A stretch of DNA of 36,656 nt from Atractiella rhizophila (Eukaryota): positions 1 to 36,656 of the forward strand of contig MU271638.1 in NCBI GenBank assembly GCA_021432655.1, written 5' to 3'. The translations under genes and the position numbers were made by a program. Under the pieces are notes generated by a model. The model did not search any database. It was not told where the DNA came from and was given only the letters and a program-made list of their open reading frames with translations. Positions 9,745 to 23,111 of this stretch are shown here, piece by piece. Positions within the stretch are counted from its first letter, which is position 1; each line of letters begins with the position of its first letter.

Positions 9745-12086
9745 ATGAATGAAGGGAACATGTACGATAAACGTTACTCCTTTGCATCCGAGCGCACGGT
9801 TCTTGAGAAGGATGGTACAGAAGGCCTTCAAACGCCGGAACAACATGGGGAGTCCAACTTGTCGGCTGGTAAAGATATCGAAGGAAGGGAGTATGGGCAG
9901 GACGATTGGGAGAGTGACCCCGCAAATGCGAGAAACTGGTCAGCAAAAAAGAAATGGACAGCTGTTTCAGTCGTCAGTCCTTCCCGCTCTTCACTTTGCT
10001 GCGCAAAGGCTCACGCAATTGTAGGTATCTCTGTACTGCTTGGTCAGTCCACTGGCAAGTAGTACGATGGCTCCAGGTATACGTTGCCGGATAGCAGCTT
10101 GAAGTGCTGACTGGTATTTCCAGGCTTGCCAGAAATTGCAGTCAAATACGCCATTTCGAGCAAAACAACCATCGCGCTCACTCTCTGCGTGTTCCTTCTC
10201 TCATTTGGAATTGGGGTCGGTATCGACTCCTCCATTTATTTCCTTCCTCACAGATGCTTAGCCCTTGTGCTTTGTCCGCTATCGGGTGCCTTCTGTTCCT
10301 GCTCTCAGCATGATTTGCTCAGATATCTCCTCCTTTAGAAATGTACGGTAGAACTTGGGTCCTCCACATCAGCAACCTCGCTTTTCTAGGGTTCAATCTA
10401 GGTTGTGCATGGGCACCCACTACCTCCTCACTGATCGGCCTCCGTTTCTTGGGTTCGTAGTTATGCTTATAATGACAACATTTGCTCAGTAACTCAATAG
10501 CTGGTCTTGCCGGATCAGCACCCGTTGCCATTGGGGGAGGAAGTATTGGTGATCTCTTCTCGGAACGCAATCGCGCTTCTGCGATGGCAATATTCACGTA
10601 CGCTGCTTCAATCAACATTAGAAAACTCAAGAAAGCTGATTAGGTTGGGCCCTTTGCTTGGCCCTGTCATTGGACCGGTTTGTTCTTCTGCAAGTTGAAA
10701 TGCAGCTGTCGCCTTACTCGTGTTCCGGCATAGATTGTTGGAGGGTTTGTAACACAAGAGATTGGTGTCAAATACGTTTTCATAATTGTTTCCTGTTAGT
10801 CCCCCCAGCCTACCTTTCTCGATCCTCCTTACAAAACTTAGCTCTTGCCGCTGTGGCATCCGCTTTCGGAATTCCGACTTTACGAGAGACCTATGCGCCT
10901 ATCATCCGGCTTCGCAGAGCTCGAAAGGAAGGTCCAGAGGCAGTAGCGAAGCTTCATGCCACGTATCCAGAATTTGCGCACCAGAAAGAGAGACCGCTGT
11001 GGACACTTTGGATCAACCTCTCACGACCTGTTATTATTCTTTGCACCAGTGTCGTCTGCTTTCTTCTGAGCTTGTACATGGTGCGTTCTGTCTTCTTTCA
11101 CCTGTTCAACACTACTCTGATAACAGGCATTCATGTTTGGGGTCTATTATCTCATGTTTACAACGTTCGCAAGTGAGTGATGCCCAGCCGATCCGAAGAC
11201 AAAACTTAAGTTGATGGTAACAGGCTTTTTCGCGGAAACATACGGTTTCAAAGCTGGAGTGGGAGGTCTCACATATTTGGGACTAGGAGTTGGGTTCTTT
11301 TCGGCTGCGATATTTGGTTCAAAAACAGCGGACCAGATTTATAATAAGGCGAGTTATTTCTTCATCCTCAGGCGATGATCATAATGCTGAGAGGTGCTGG
11401 AAAGCTCGCAAGCCGTACGCCTGATGGGAAAGGGAAACCGGAGTTTCGGTTACCAGCTCTGATCTTTGGCTCCCTTTTCGTCCGTGAGTGTGGTGATCCA
11501 GTTTCTGAGGTTTGGTAACTCACAACCTTCAGCAATCGGAATATTGTGCGTTAAGCTGTCTCCTCCATGGCACTTGCTAATAGACCCTAGCTGGTACGGT
11601 TGGTCAGCCGATCAAAAGGCTCACTGGATCTTGCCGATCCTAGGTCAGTACTCCTTGATCTTCTTCGTTAAGATACATAATGAACCGACCTAACTAGGCA
11701 CTGCTGTGTTCGCGTTTGGAATGATGTCGACTTTGTAACAAAACCATTTTCTTCCTATTGCGAAATGGACTGATAATTACTTCAGTCTTCCAATCCAGCT
11801 CTACCTCGTCGACACCTTTAAATTTGCAGCTTCCGCTACCGCCGCTGCATCACTCTTGAGGTCTCTGTTAGGTTTTGCCTTTCCCCTTTTCTCATCACAA
11901 ATGTTCGATGAGCTCGGTATTGGCGGTGGAAACTCTTTACTCGCTGGCAAGTTCATTACTTCATGGTAGAGGACCATAGTTGATAAGGACCAACAAGGCC
12001 TTGCTATCGTATTAGGAATTCCTTTTCCGATTGGGCTATACTACTATGGCGAGAGATGGCGAGCAAAAAATAAAAGAGACGACTGA
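9745..12086 (+). CDS. MFS transporter, DHA1 (12-TMS drug:H+ antiporter) family, many short introns
   Basis: WESDPANARNWSAKKKW; SEMYGR; GLAGSAPVAIGGGSIGDLF; GPLLGPVIGP; RETYAPIIRLRRA; GKPEFRLP; WYGWSADQKAHWILP; LYLVDTFKFAASATAAASLLRSLLGFAFPLF. Confidence 0.93.
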
Positions 12087-12606
12087 GGCTGATAGGATAT
12101 GTGCCGGTGCAGATTTGGTGCAGATTTTATGCTAATTTTCAGAAGTAACAGTGATCGAAACCAATTGTTTTGGTTGTGTTTGAAAGTTATAGACAAGAAC
12201 GGCACAGAATCACAGACGCATCATCTCTATCAAATTGAAAATGGAGAAAAGGGCCGCTGGAAACCGGAGCGTTTCTTTCATGATTGTGGGAAAGTCTAAG
12301 TGAAGCTTGAATGTTGTTATCGCGCCGCGAACTATCTGCCCAAGGCAAGACTATTGATCTGCCCAGGTAGTTATTGTAACCAGGACTGTCCAGTTCTCTG
12401 GCTGGATTACGTTGAGTAATGAGGGCAACGTAGAACTGATGTCCAGGCTTCATTCCCGTACAAATTTCACAATATTTACCGCAGCTCTGTGCAGTTGGAG
12501 TCTGTTCAGATTGGGAAAGAATCACATTCACATCGAAACTGATTAACTGTATAGCTAAGATGCAAAACAACATGCCGAGTCACGATGGCAAAGAGCTGGG
12601 CAGGAA

Positions 12607-13344
12607 TTAGTAGGACATTGGTGCTTGCGGCGCGGGAGGCTGTTGCAATCGGAAAAATGTAAGTGCTCGATCAAAGTCAAAGGGAGAATGTGGCAGCGTA
12701 CAGCATCGTGAACGACATTGGCGCGTGCCTGTTCCTCGAGTCGGATTTGATGAGACTCTTGCGACAACTCGCAAGGCGAGCAGCAACATGCTGTAAGACA
12801 GTCTGCGATAGTGCTACCCTTGATCCCATAGCGGGTTCTGTAGTCTCCTCTGGCAATGAACTGCAAGCATAAACCGTTAACGCGATCTCCGCCGAAGAGT
12901 ATGCCAAGGTGACTAGTACGAACCTGAAGAATCCAGCCAGCTCCAACAACACAAGTCAAGGCACAATGGAGCACACCGTCTTGCCCGCAGCCTTCGCCTC
13001 CTTGAGGATGAGGTACGCCAGTATCCCTCAGTGCTTTGAAACGCGATTGATTCCTTCCCTACAATGTTATGAGCGAGCTGACCCATCCCAGTCAAACGAA
13101 AAGAACTCGCATATTCTGTTAGAACGAAGACATCAACTCAGAGTCCTAGTGGCGGAATGGGCAACTTACGAATGCACGGACACCAACATGCCACACAGAA
13201 CTCCTTCAAGCCACATCCACAAAGTCCTTGATCCCAATCCTTGTCTTGTGTTCCCTGATGGGGATAATCAGGAGGAGGGACACCGGCTTCAGCAGCCTTG
13301 TTCATGGACATGGGGTCTTGAGGAGGGTAAGTTGTGTTCTCCAT
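12607..13344 (-). CDS. PLAC8 family cysteine-rich membrane protein, spliced
   Basis: DWDQGLCGC; FCVACWCPCI; RGDYRTRYGIKGSTIADCLTACCCSPCELSQESHQI is the PLAC8 signature. Confidence 0.92.
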
Positions 13345-14083
13345 AGGTGAGTCGAGGGCTTGTTTTGCAGCAAAAGCGACGCTGGGAAGTGGTCGTTAAT
13401 ACGATGAGATTCGAGGGAAAAGCTTGGACGGTTTTTTATACTTGGCCGCCGCGGGTCCAGCTGGCGGGCAGAGTGGGAATCTAACGTACATAAGTGTGCA
13501 CCAGAGGGAAGGGAAGCGGCACGGAAGCGCTTGGGCTGTGTAAGTGGAAAACAAAGACCATTCCCGTTTGACAACTTTGGAAGACGCATCTCACCCACCC
13601 CGACCAGACTCTTGCCTGAGGCTTGTGACGTACATCACGACTTGGCTCAGGGTTAGCATCCGAGGGACACCTTGGAGACCTCTCTTCTCTCACAAAACGA
13701 ACGGAAGGCAAAAAGCGAGGTACATCGCTCCTTCGGAGTTCAAGTTAGTATCGAAATTTCGGAGCGACGTAACACACAGCGAATTTCACAACGCATTGAA
13801 CATCAAGCCTCTTGATGTGATGGCCTAGTGCGAGAGAACGTTTGAAGTAAAGCTTTCATGCTTCTAGCAGGCAATGCTCTCAACGTTGAGTAAGTGAGAA
13901 ACGCATGAACACAACAGTGTTACTGGCGGAAGGAAAGAAAATCAGGTGAAACTTGCTTCCAACTACACGACACCCATATTGGACAGCAACTCGAAAAGCC
14001 TTCATAATTGGCAATCTAAAACTAATAAACGAAAGGCAATCAGCACCTTTCAGTCCCTCCTCCGATTCATTCCAAGAGCCCGC

Positions 14084-16424
14084 TCAGAAATTCTATCGCC
14101 AAAACGTATCAGCAGTTGTTCCTCGCTAGAATGAAGAGGTGAGTGAAGTAACGACGCACCTCCTTGCCCCAGAAAAACCTCGTCGCATCATCTCCCGTAT
14201 TCGTCCACTTATTGCACATCTGATGGAGCGTGCTTCCCAACGCTCTCGGACCGCAGAAGAAGACTCCTGCGTCAGTGGCCGGGTGCTTGTCCCTGATCGA
14301 TTGGAAGATACGGTCCCAGTTTGGCCTTCCGTAGTGTGTTGGAGCACGGAGACCAGTGATTGCATCCCTTTCTCCTCCAACGTCTTGCACAACGATGTTG
14401 GTAATATCGTCAGGCTTAACCTTTGTCAGATAGGTGTGGATCTCAATGTACTACCGCAGGCCTGTTAGCTTCCAAACCATGAATCAACCGTGGTGAAGAC
14501 GAACGTTCTCAAGATCTTGTGCCTCGATGGCAAGGAGCAAAGATTGGATCCATTCAAAAGCAGAGTAATCACCACAGATCCAGAAAAAGCTACTCCACAA
14601 TCAAACAATGTTCAACATAGGTAGAGGAGAAAGGACCCACTAAACCTTCCTCAGCCTCGTCGGCTTCCCCTGCGGGTAGTTAGCCCTATACCAAATGGAC
14701 TTCAAGATGCTCGCGAAGGGCGTGACACCGATACCGGCTCCCACCAGAACCGAGACCTCAAACTTGAACACGTCCTCGGAAGCAGAGCCGAAAGGACCAT
14801 CCACCATCACACGGGGGAGGACCTTGTTGATCGGTGGCGTGACCGCCGTAGGTCCCTTGTCCTTGTCCCCCTTCCTGTCCCAGTCGCATCCCAAGGCTTT
14901 AGCGAAGGCGGTGGTGAAGTCACCTTTGCAAGAGATGTGAACGGAGATATAGTCCTCTTCAGGAGCAGAAGTGAGAGTAAAGGGATGCCACTGGAAGTAG
15001 GAGATTTCGGGACAGTTGAGGAAGATGTATTGCCCAGCTCTTGTCTAACCCATCCAATACAAGCATCAGCAATCATTCCACCATGCACAGCCATGAGATT
15101 AGAGCGGAAGCTCGAGACAGACCGTGGTTTTCTCCTTCTTGATTTGAACTTCCACCACCTTTCCAGGATGCTGGATAACCTTGGAGACGTAGGTCTTGTG
15201 TCTCGCGCGAACTTCCCTCAATATCCTCTCATAGATGAAGATGGCACCGCCAACGATCCAATACTTCCAGAAAACACCGATCTGGTTCGCAGAGCAGTAA
15301 GGAGGTCTGTCAGGCTTGATCATACAGAACATTCTGTCAAACCGCAGGAGAATCAGCTACGACGGCACAGGAAGGGAGGAGAGGGGAAGACGAACCCGTG
15401 AAGCTGCCAACAGATGAAGAAGATGATGAACAAATGATGAGAATACCAAAACTTCTCGAATCCTCCGTTCGGCGCTCTCCTTCTCTTCTCGATCGCGAAA
15501 TAGACCATCACTCCGAGGGCAGCGTTCATGATCCAACCCGTCACTCCTGGTCCGGTCAAGAAGTTGGCACCGATGAAACCAACCACGCCAGTCTTGGTCT
15601 TGATGGCCAACACAGTGAAGTTTGACATGTGGGCAAGGGTGTGGACGGTGGTGAAGAAGACAATGGACCACGCAACTTGCTTGTCTATTAGTCCACTCAG
15701 TCGTCAGTCTCTGGCGCTCATTTTCGTGATGATAGGAAGATGAAAAGAACGCACGGAAAGTAATGTTCTTCTCAAACGGGATGATGGCGTTGAGGGGTCC
15801 CCTTCGCAGGATGGAAATGAAGTTCCTGCAAATGGGAAGGAGGATGAAAGCCACGTCAACGTGGAGACAGAGAGCAGCAGCACGAGCGATGGGGTACCCG
15901 TAAGAGAAAGTGTCTCGAGCATTCTGAAGGTTGTCTACCGCGCAGCGTTTCTATTTTAGAAAATGCTGCTGACGCAAGAAGGAAGCCAAGGAAGACGCAC
16001 CCTTGAATTGGTAGTTGAAGAAACCAAAGGTGAAGACGAGGATGTGGAGGAGGATCCAGACTCCCATGAAGATTCGCCTCCCTCCTTCATTAACCATCCA
16101 CGCCTTAAACTTCTCATATCCCTCCAGAACGGGTATTCCTGTGGGCTTTGATTCTACATCGATCAGCCCCTCCGTCTTCATCAACCCCTGCAGCCTCCTG
16201 CGGTCCGTCTTCTTCCTCTGCAGATGTACGGACCCCATGGAGGCGCCTTCTGGGTTCTTCTCCGCCAACCCCTTCTCCTTTTCGACGCTCCTGATGCTCA
16301 CGCTTCTTCCCATCGGAGCAGCGTGTGGGGTTAGAGGCACATTCTGGCCGTCGCTAAAGTCCAATCCTGAGGTACGTGGACCGCGGGTCATGCGCTTGGG
16401 GACGAAATTGGAGAAGTTTGGCAT
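14084..16424 (-). CDS. noxB: NADPH oxidase, NoxB/Nox2 isoform (gp91phox homologue), spliced
   Basis: N-terminal extension then [78 protein letters not shown]-terminal FFWGKE|NF split by an intron. No EF-hands (not NoxC); the extension and the WMVNEG motif favour NoxB over NoxA. Confidence 0.93.
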
Positions 16425-18046
16425 GTCGTATTAGTGTGAATACCGAGGTGTGTTAGGTAGATAGAGGAGACCGAAGAAAGAAAAGGAAGGAATGAAGTGG
16501 ACAGGTCTGTGCTGTTCCGCTCGGCGGTATCGATCAACGAAAAGGGGATGTTGATGAGACTCTTCTGTCAACAATATTAGACCATCAGACACCTTTCTTC
16601 CTTGACACCTTTCCCTCATGATATGATAAGGATAAAGCTACGCACCTATAAGTATAAGATGGCCCTTCCCAGCCCAGTGCCCAACGCAGAAAGCAGGCGT
16701 GAGTGGGTTGAAAGTTGAAGGAGTGAGTTGGAAGGGGAAGAGTTTTGAAGCCTGTGCCGCACAATCGCAGTTCCTTGACAACTTCACGGCACCGATATGT
16801 CTGCGACTCCGGACGGAACGGATATTGGTCGGATGTTGCGAAGCAGTAGAAGTAACCAGCAGGTTGGCTTTTCTGGACTCTCTTCAACGTTCTCAGCTTC
16901 CCGAGCTCCTTTTTTGGCCCAAGCTACATCAGAGGCGACAGCTTAGGATTTAGATGGACTCCCATGCAGAAGCTAGTCCAGCATGACGACGCTGCTGCAT
17001 ACAAATTGCAATCTGCTTTGGTCTCTCTCTCAGCATATGGTCACAGTTGTCAGATCAGCTATGCAGTATCGCACGGTTTGGGAGGAAGGCTCCATGGTAT
17101 TTAATTTGTGAAGGAGGCACAGAATAATATCTGCTGTCTCCTGCATCTCGCTCTTCGCATCGCATGCTCGCCTTTTCTTCCAGCTTCAAGTTGTTAGGCA
17201 CTATTTGCTCCAAAAATACCATTCACATCATCTCCAACACTGTTTTGCAACGGTTTTGTCTTGTTGCCATGATTATTGTCCCATTTTAGAAACTGGCAAT
17301 CGTCCAGTCAAACAGTCAAACATCTCCATATTATATCGGGAAGAGCCATCAATTTAAGCTTACCACCAAACATGATACCTCCCGTTATGATTCTTATCCC
17401 AGTCCCAATGTTCCTCACAATCCAATCCCTGGCTCATTTGTGCCGCCATAATCCGACACGCAGCATATCAGGCCCGCAATGGCCGTTTCGTTTCAATCCC
17501 CCGTGGTGACCCTCTGCGCGCAATTGGGTCATCCGCATAGAGACTCCCTCTGCCATACCGCCCAAAGCGGGAATACGAAAAGGCGATCTGCTCTTCGACG
17601 ACCTCGAGACGGATTGGCCGTGAGGAGGGGATAACAAGTGGCAACGGGTCATCCTCAGAATTGTCGGCTTGCATGGGAGCTGAAGGGGTCCTGCCAGCGT
17701 GATGTGAAAGGAACGGTCGAGATACAGTGCTCTTAAGATTCGGGAGGAACGGCCGTTAGATCAGATTCTGTAGCCTTGACACATAAAGGATAACGGGGGG
17801 ACGACGATGAAAGCTATTCTCTCCCTCATCGGCATCCATGGACCCAAAGCGATCATCAGAGTAACCGAGCAGCTTACAATGAGAGATTTAAAAAATATTA
17901 CCCAACACTGAAAATTACATCATGCAATGAGGTCTCAAACACACTTTGATCCCGATCAATCGAGGAGCGATTAAAGTGTAGCCAGTCACATCTTCACCTT
18001 GCGATGTTCTCACTCACAAGAACCAATACCTGCCATAGAAGGCAGG

Positions 18047-18431
18047 CTAACGCGATAGACATTCTGCCAGAACTGGGTTCTTCTCACGACAGTCGGATGT
18101 CGCAAGCTTAACCCTTACGAACCCCTTGACAAAATTCAAAGCAAACGACGAAATCACCGCGAACGCGGCAGGAATACGCGTTAAACCATCTTTAGGCATC
18201 GTCTGGGGATAAATGAGGGGAGGGGTTAACGGTGACGGCGTAGGGATTTGGCACCTGAAGGATGACAACATCGAGGATGGCTTCGTCCAATGAATCGCGG
18301 TACCCTCTTCTGCTGAACCGCCTCACGTCTTTCCCTTCCGTTAATCTATAAAATAGGGAGGCTGGAGCGTAAACTTCATAGCACACGTGTCCGGTAGGAC
18401 ATAGAGAGAACTTGACTTCCCCAACAACCAT
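18047..18431 (-). CDS. Possible small hypothetical protein (two overlapping ORFs joinable by one intron)
   Basis: A GTGCCA...CCAG intron would join VILQ to TMPKDGLTRIPAAF. No recognisable domain. Confidence 0.25.
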
Positions 18432-19650
18432 AGCAAGCGATCGGCTCTCGCTTAGCAGCTCGCTAATCTCGCGAAGTCCTGCGCCTCCCTGAGCACTGGA
18501 CCAGGGCAGACCTGAGCGCCCTGAGAAACAGTTCTAGGGGTTCAATTTACAAGGAGGCAGGGGTAGCAAAAACGTGTGCTCTCGAGCTCTTTCCCCTTTC
18601 CACGTATCGCTGAGCGCGGTCCAACGTTTCCGTCAGAATTGGACCATATTTTCACGCCGATCCATTTCGAGATGATCGACAAATTTCAGCTGATCGAGCA
18701 ATCATGAAGTCTGAAAGGTTCGTCTGTGCCATAGTGTATCCTTGGACTCGGCGTCGCACCAAAACGATTTCAGGTTCGGAATTCAGGGAGTCACGGTCAA
18801 ACCACACCATGAGCAAGAACATTTAGACATGGAGAGTCTTGCTTCAAGTTGAAATTTCATCGCCAACGGTGCCAAACTTGCACCGTAATTGGAAGAAAAC
18901 ACATCATCTTCGAGGAGAGGTTATCACGAACTTTCGATTTCAGTGATCACCGTTTCTTTTGATTGAAAGCGTTAGCATCACATTCATCGTGAAGACTCTC
19001 ACGTCTCACTTCTCCTTCCTGATTTGCATTGTAGCATCCATTCCTACTTCTCGACACAGATTAAAGTAGAATGAAACGGAGAGAGAGGTTTCCAGATGCA
19101 CTAGTACAGATATGCATGTCTAGCCTTCCTGAAGAAGGTGAGATTCCGAAGACGGGATTTTGTTGTACAAATCTCTCGGCCCAATTCAACAGTTGATTGG
19201 GTCATTGATGGCCATTATTGCTCGATAACACATGATCACACATTGCCAGTGGGGAAGTCGGAAGTGGATGAATGTTACTGCGCATGAAGCGACAACTGTC
19301 CCAACCTCACAACCTATGCTCCTTCCAGGCTCTAGTCTCTTCCAGAGCGACAATACAGCGAGATATTCGAGGGCAGAAACATGCAAATAGGATCGACGGC
19401 GACCCGGAGATCATTCGAAGGATCACAGCGTACCAACAACAAAATACACTAGCGCAATAGCTTGCGCACTAATGCCCACTCATCCCGCTCATCAGCAACG
19501 ACGACGACTGCCACTCCGGCTGCTCCTCCCTTTATAAGCATCCAGCTGGTTCACCCTCAAGCATCAAAGCTGATTTCAGCGTCAAAGCAGGTGAGCCTCG
19601 GTCGTTTGTTGATCGAGGTTGGCTGAGCGGAAGTTAGTTTAGTCGGCAGC

Positions 19651-20109
19651 ATGACCCTCCCTTCCCAAGCTTTTCCTCGTCCCCCGTCCCCTTCGCCGCC
19701 ACCTCCACACGCTTCACATTCCACCACTCCCCAAGCGAATGCCGCGCTCGAGAAGGAGCGAGAAGCAATGGACGAGACTCATTACCACGCGAGGACAATG
19801 TCCGACGCACCACCTCCTCCCTATGCGAGCGAGAGGGACATAGAGAACAAGCCACTCCCACTCCCACCCCAATCCGACCCCAACAATAACGCTAGTACCA
19901 GCGCAAGGGCAACATGGGGTAGGCGAAGTCGAAATACGGAGGGGAAGAGTGGAGCCGGAAGCGGAAGTACCAGCAGTGCAAGTGAAGAGGAGGGAAGGGA
20001 TAGATCGCGGGAGCGGAGGGAAGAGAAGAAACACGTACACGTCGTCGTGGGTGGGAAGGTGTTCAGGGTAGTGAAAGAGGGCAAATTCAGAGCTGGCATC
20101 GTTCGTTAA
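19651..20109 (+). CDS. Hypothetical disordered protein with PPPY motif
   Basis: 152-aa ATG-initiated ORF containing APPPPYA. TATA-like TATAAG at ~19533 and a likely 5'-UTR intron starting GTGAGC at 19591. Confidence 0.6.
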   Translation: MTLPSQAFPRPPSPSPPPPHASHSTTPQANAALEKEREAMDETHYHARTMSDAPPPPYASERDIENKPLPLPPQSDPNNNASTSARATWGRRSRNTEGKSGAGSGSTSSASEEEGRDRSRERREEKKHVHVVVGGKVFRVVKEGKFRAGIVR

Positions 20110-20441
20110 GTTTCGTTTCTTCTCTTTCGAAAATGGCGTGGTGCAGAATGTTCGTTCAGCTTTTATCTTACATTCTCCCTTTCCCTCGCCCAGACAGAAG
20201 TGTAATCCTTAGACCACACGGACTGTGTATATTATTTATTCGATCCTTCGCCTTTTACCTCAGCTTATTTGATTGATTCAGTGTGGTTGTGAAGAAGTGA
20301 GAAGTGAGAAGTGCATTCATTGGTTCCATTTCACCATTTACATAAAGATGCAATCTACCTTCATTCATTACTCCTCGAGTGACACAGAATGCCTGAGTTC
20401 ACACCATTTGGCAAGCTTTCTCTCTCAACTACTTGTAATAG

Positions 20442-20896
20442 TTAAATGATTTCAGGCTTCATTGGCATCGTGTCGAAGTAACGACTCGTCGGTACAGAAT
20501 ACAGCAAGCTAACTTTTTGTTTGAATAAATCCTCATCAACATTAAACCAACTCTGATCGAAATATGTCGTTGTATACTGTCCCGGTTCATAACAACTCAG
20601 AATGATGCTTTTGTCGGGATGAACGAGGAGTACATACTGCATTCGTCAAATACTGAACAAAACCAAAATCGGGAGCGGGAGGATCAAGGCTTGCAGCTTC
20701 CGTTTTTGCATCCTTTGCAGTCTATCAAGAAGCGGGGTATTAAGCATATCATGATGGAAAGAAGATACGATAAGCGCACTGGAATTACAGCTGCAGGATG
20801 GGCTGCAAGAAGAAGACCTTCCCATCTTCCCCTTGCAGCCTTGAGTGGTGCAGGGCGTTTGATGTCTCTCGTTCTCGGTATGTAAAGGTCAGCCAA
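20442..20896 (-). other. Possible exons of an unassigned or degenerate gene
   Basis: Short ORF pieces separated by GTGCGC..TAG and GTATGT.. intron-like segments. No complete model could be built. Confidence 0.25.
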
Positions 20897-21974
20897 ACGT
20901 ATAGAAGCTGATTATTTTAAATTTTCCAGGCTTGAAACAAGGCGAGAGACGAGGAGCAGAGAACCGACAGAAGGTCGCCTTTTATGATATCAGAGCCTGT
21001 GAGCAGACCGATCTTTCTTTGAGCGACTGGACTGGTGACCATGGCACCAATAGGGCTCGAATGAAGACGCAGTGCGGGACTGAGATGAGATGTGGAGACA
21101 GGGGTCTCACTTCAAACTTGATGCTATTTGTTCGGACGCCAGCTCAGGAAGGAAAGGAAAACCAACAATTGCTTGAAGGTCACCCACTAGCGCGTAGGTT
21201 GTCCATCAGCAAAATAGAAGGATGTAGACAAACATCGCTTCGTTCGTATTTCTCCTTTTTCCCGGAGAACCCCGCATATCCAAATATGAATAGTAGACCA
21301 TCCAAAGTCAGGCGAAGAAATCATGATCATCCCTTGTTCACACTCGCCCAAGTAGAATTTAGAAATCGGTGTCGTCTTTTAAGACATCGTGATCCTCTTT
21401 TATCATATGTCCATCATGTTTTGACGTGATGCATGATGCGTGACGTTGAGGCATCAACTGGGCTGGTCAAACGACGATAAGTAGAACTCAAAAGTCGAAA
21501 GCTCTCATTCTCTTCAATAGACACCACTGACTTCGCAATGGCGAAGAGCTATTTCAATTTGGCTACTGAGAAACTATGGCCTTTAATTGACATTTCCCTT
21601 ATTTTGAGTCAGATAGGTGATTGAACATGCCTTCTGCAAAAGCACACATTGCTGGCCGTATGGTTCCTGCTAGCTCTGCCAGCAGCCGGGACATTTTTAG
21701 CGCACAACATTGCCCATGCGTGACAATTGAGTCCAGTATGCATTGTAGCTCATGAACTCATTCGATCTTTCACACTCTGTATGTTAGTAGACGCTTGCTG
21801 CTTAGGAAAGCTAGTTACAACTGGTGTGTGCAAGCAATGCTATAATGTACGGCTTGCTGCTGAATAATGCTAACACTGACCGTGTGCTCAGCAACACCGC
21901 TACAATCGTAAACTGCATCAAATTGGAGGGGAAAGTGTATCTGAGCCATGAGCACCTCTGCCTCTTTGGGAAGT

Positions 21975-23111
21975 TCACTGAAGACTCAGCTCATCGTCCT
22001 CGCTGAAGCTTGGGGGATAGACACAGCTGTCTCTCCCTCTCCAAAATCGCTTTCTTGTAGCACCAACTGTTCTCCTTTCCTTAATCAAATCCAAAGGATC
22101 TGACTCACTCGACATCGGCGGCCGTTTATCGGGACTGTGGTGGGAAATGTTTGGTGGACGTTCCCTGGGACGATTGGAGGTAGAGGAGCTGGTCCGATTG
22201 ATCACATCTCTCATAGTTGACTGCAGAGGAAGAGAGACGGAATGGCATTCTTGATCCTGCAGTGGAGAAGCCGACGAGCTGACATCAGAAGAATTGTCCC
22301 TGTCGTCGTGGTCGGGTAAATGATCTGTGGAATCTTCTTCGAAATGTTCTGAACTATGGGAATTTTCCTCATCAGAAGGGAATGGCTCGTTTTCTTCATC
22401 TGATTCGACGACCATATAGTTCTTCGTTTTGCGAGGTGAACGCTTGAAAAGGTAGTGCTCGACAAGCTCCTCATCCTCTGATACATCGTCTGCAACAGAC
22501 TTGGTTGGTTCTTCATCTTCACGAGCCGAATCAGTCATAGTCGAAAGTGATCGCTCGAGAGTCTGACCGCCCACCGAGGCTAGAACTTTCGAATAAATAT
22601 CGTTCCAGTTCCTATGCTTCAGTATGCGAAGCACCTCTCCAATGTTCGTGTCCCCGAGATCTTTGAGCACATCCTGAAGATCGGATACTCCAAATGCCAA
22701 CAAATCGCAAATGACGTCTAACCGCATGGCATCCACAGCACAGTCCACAGCAAACTGCTTTATGGTAATGTTCTGAGGATTCTCAAAGGCCCAATCCAAG
22801 GCGCAATTAGGGAAGCCTTCTAATGCTTCCTCCACGTCTTCTCTCAATGAAGGAGGCAGGGGGAATGGCAAGCATAGAGTGAGTTCGGTATCGCACTTGA
22901 GGAGAGAAGCGACAACTGGTCCGATTTTGTCGACTGGGTGATCGTGGCAGGTTCGACAAACCGTCTCGGCGAATTGAAAACAATCTTGACGAGAAGTATA
23001 CCGAGATCGCAATGACGGAAGGAGATGGGGGAAGATGGTGAATATTGAGAGTTTGGCTGAAGTAGGACTGGATTGCTCGCAAAGGAGCGGGTACGATAGA
23101 AGATGCGACAA
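21975..23111 (-). CDS. Hypothetical protein (large exon; ends undefined)
   Basis: 378-aa open frame with a helical-looking N half and an acidic, disordered C half. No ATG start, so probably an internal exon. Confidence 0.6.
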   Translation of the reverse strand: MSHLLSYPLLCEQSSPTSAKLSIFTIFPHLLPSLRSRYTSRQDCFQFAETVCRTCHDHPVDKIGPVVASLLKCDTELTLCLPFPLPPSLREDVEEALEGFPNCALDWAFENPQNITIKQFAVDCAVDAMRLDVICDLLAFGVSDLQDVLKDLGDTNIGEVLRILKHRNWNDIYSKVLASVGGQTLERSLSTMTDSAREDEEPTKSVADDVSEDEELVEHYLFKRSPRKTKNYMVVESDEENEPFPSDEENSHSSEHFEEDSTDHLPDHDDRDNSSDVSSSASPLQDQECHSVSLPLQSTMRDVINRTSSSTSNRPRERPPNISHHSPDKRPPMSSESDPLDLIKERRTVGATRKRFWRGRDSCVYPPSFSEDDELSLQ

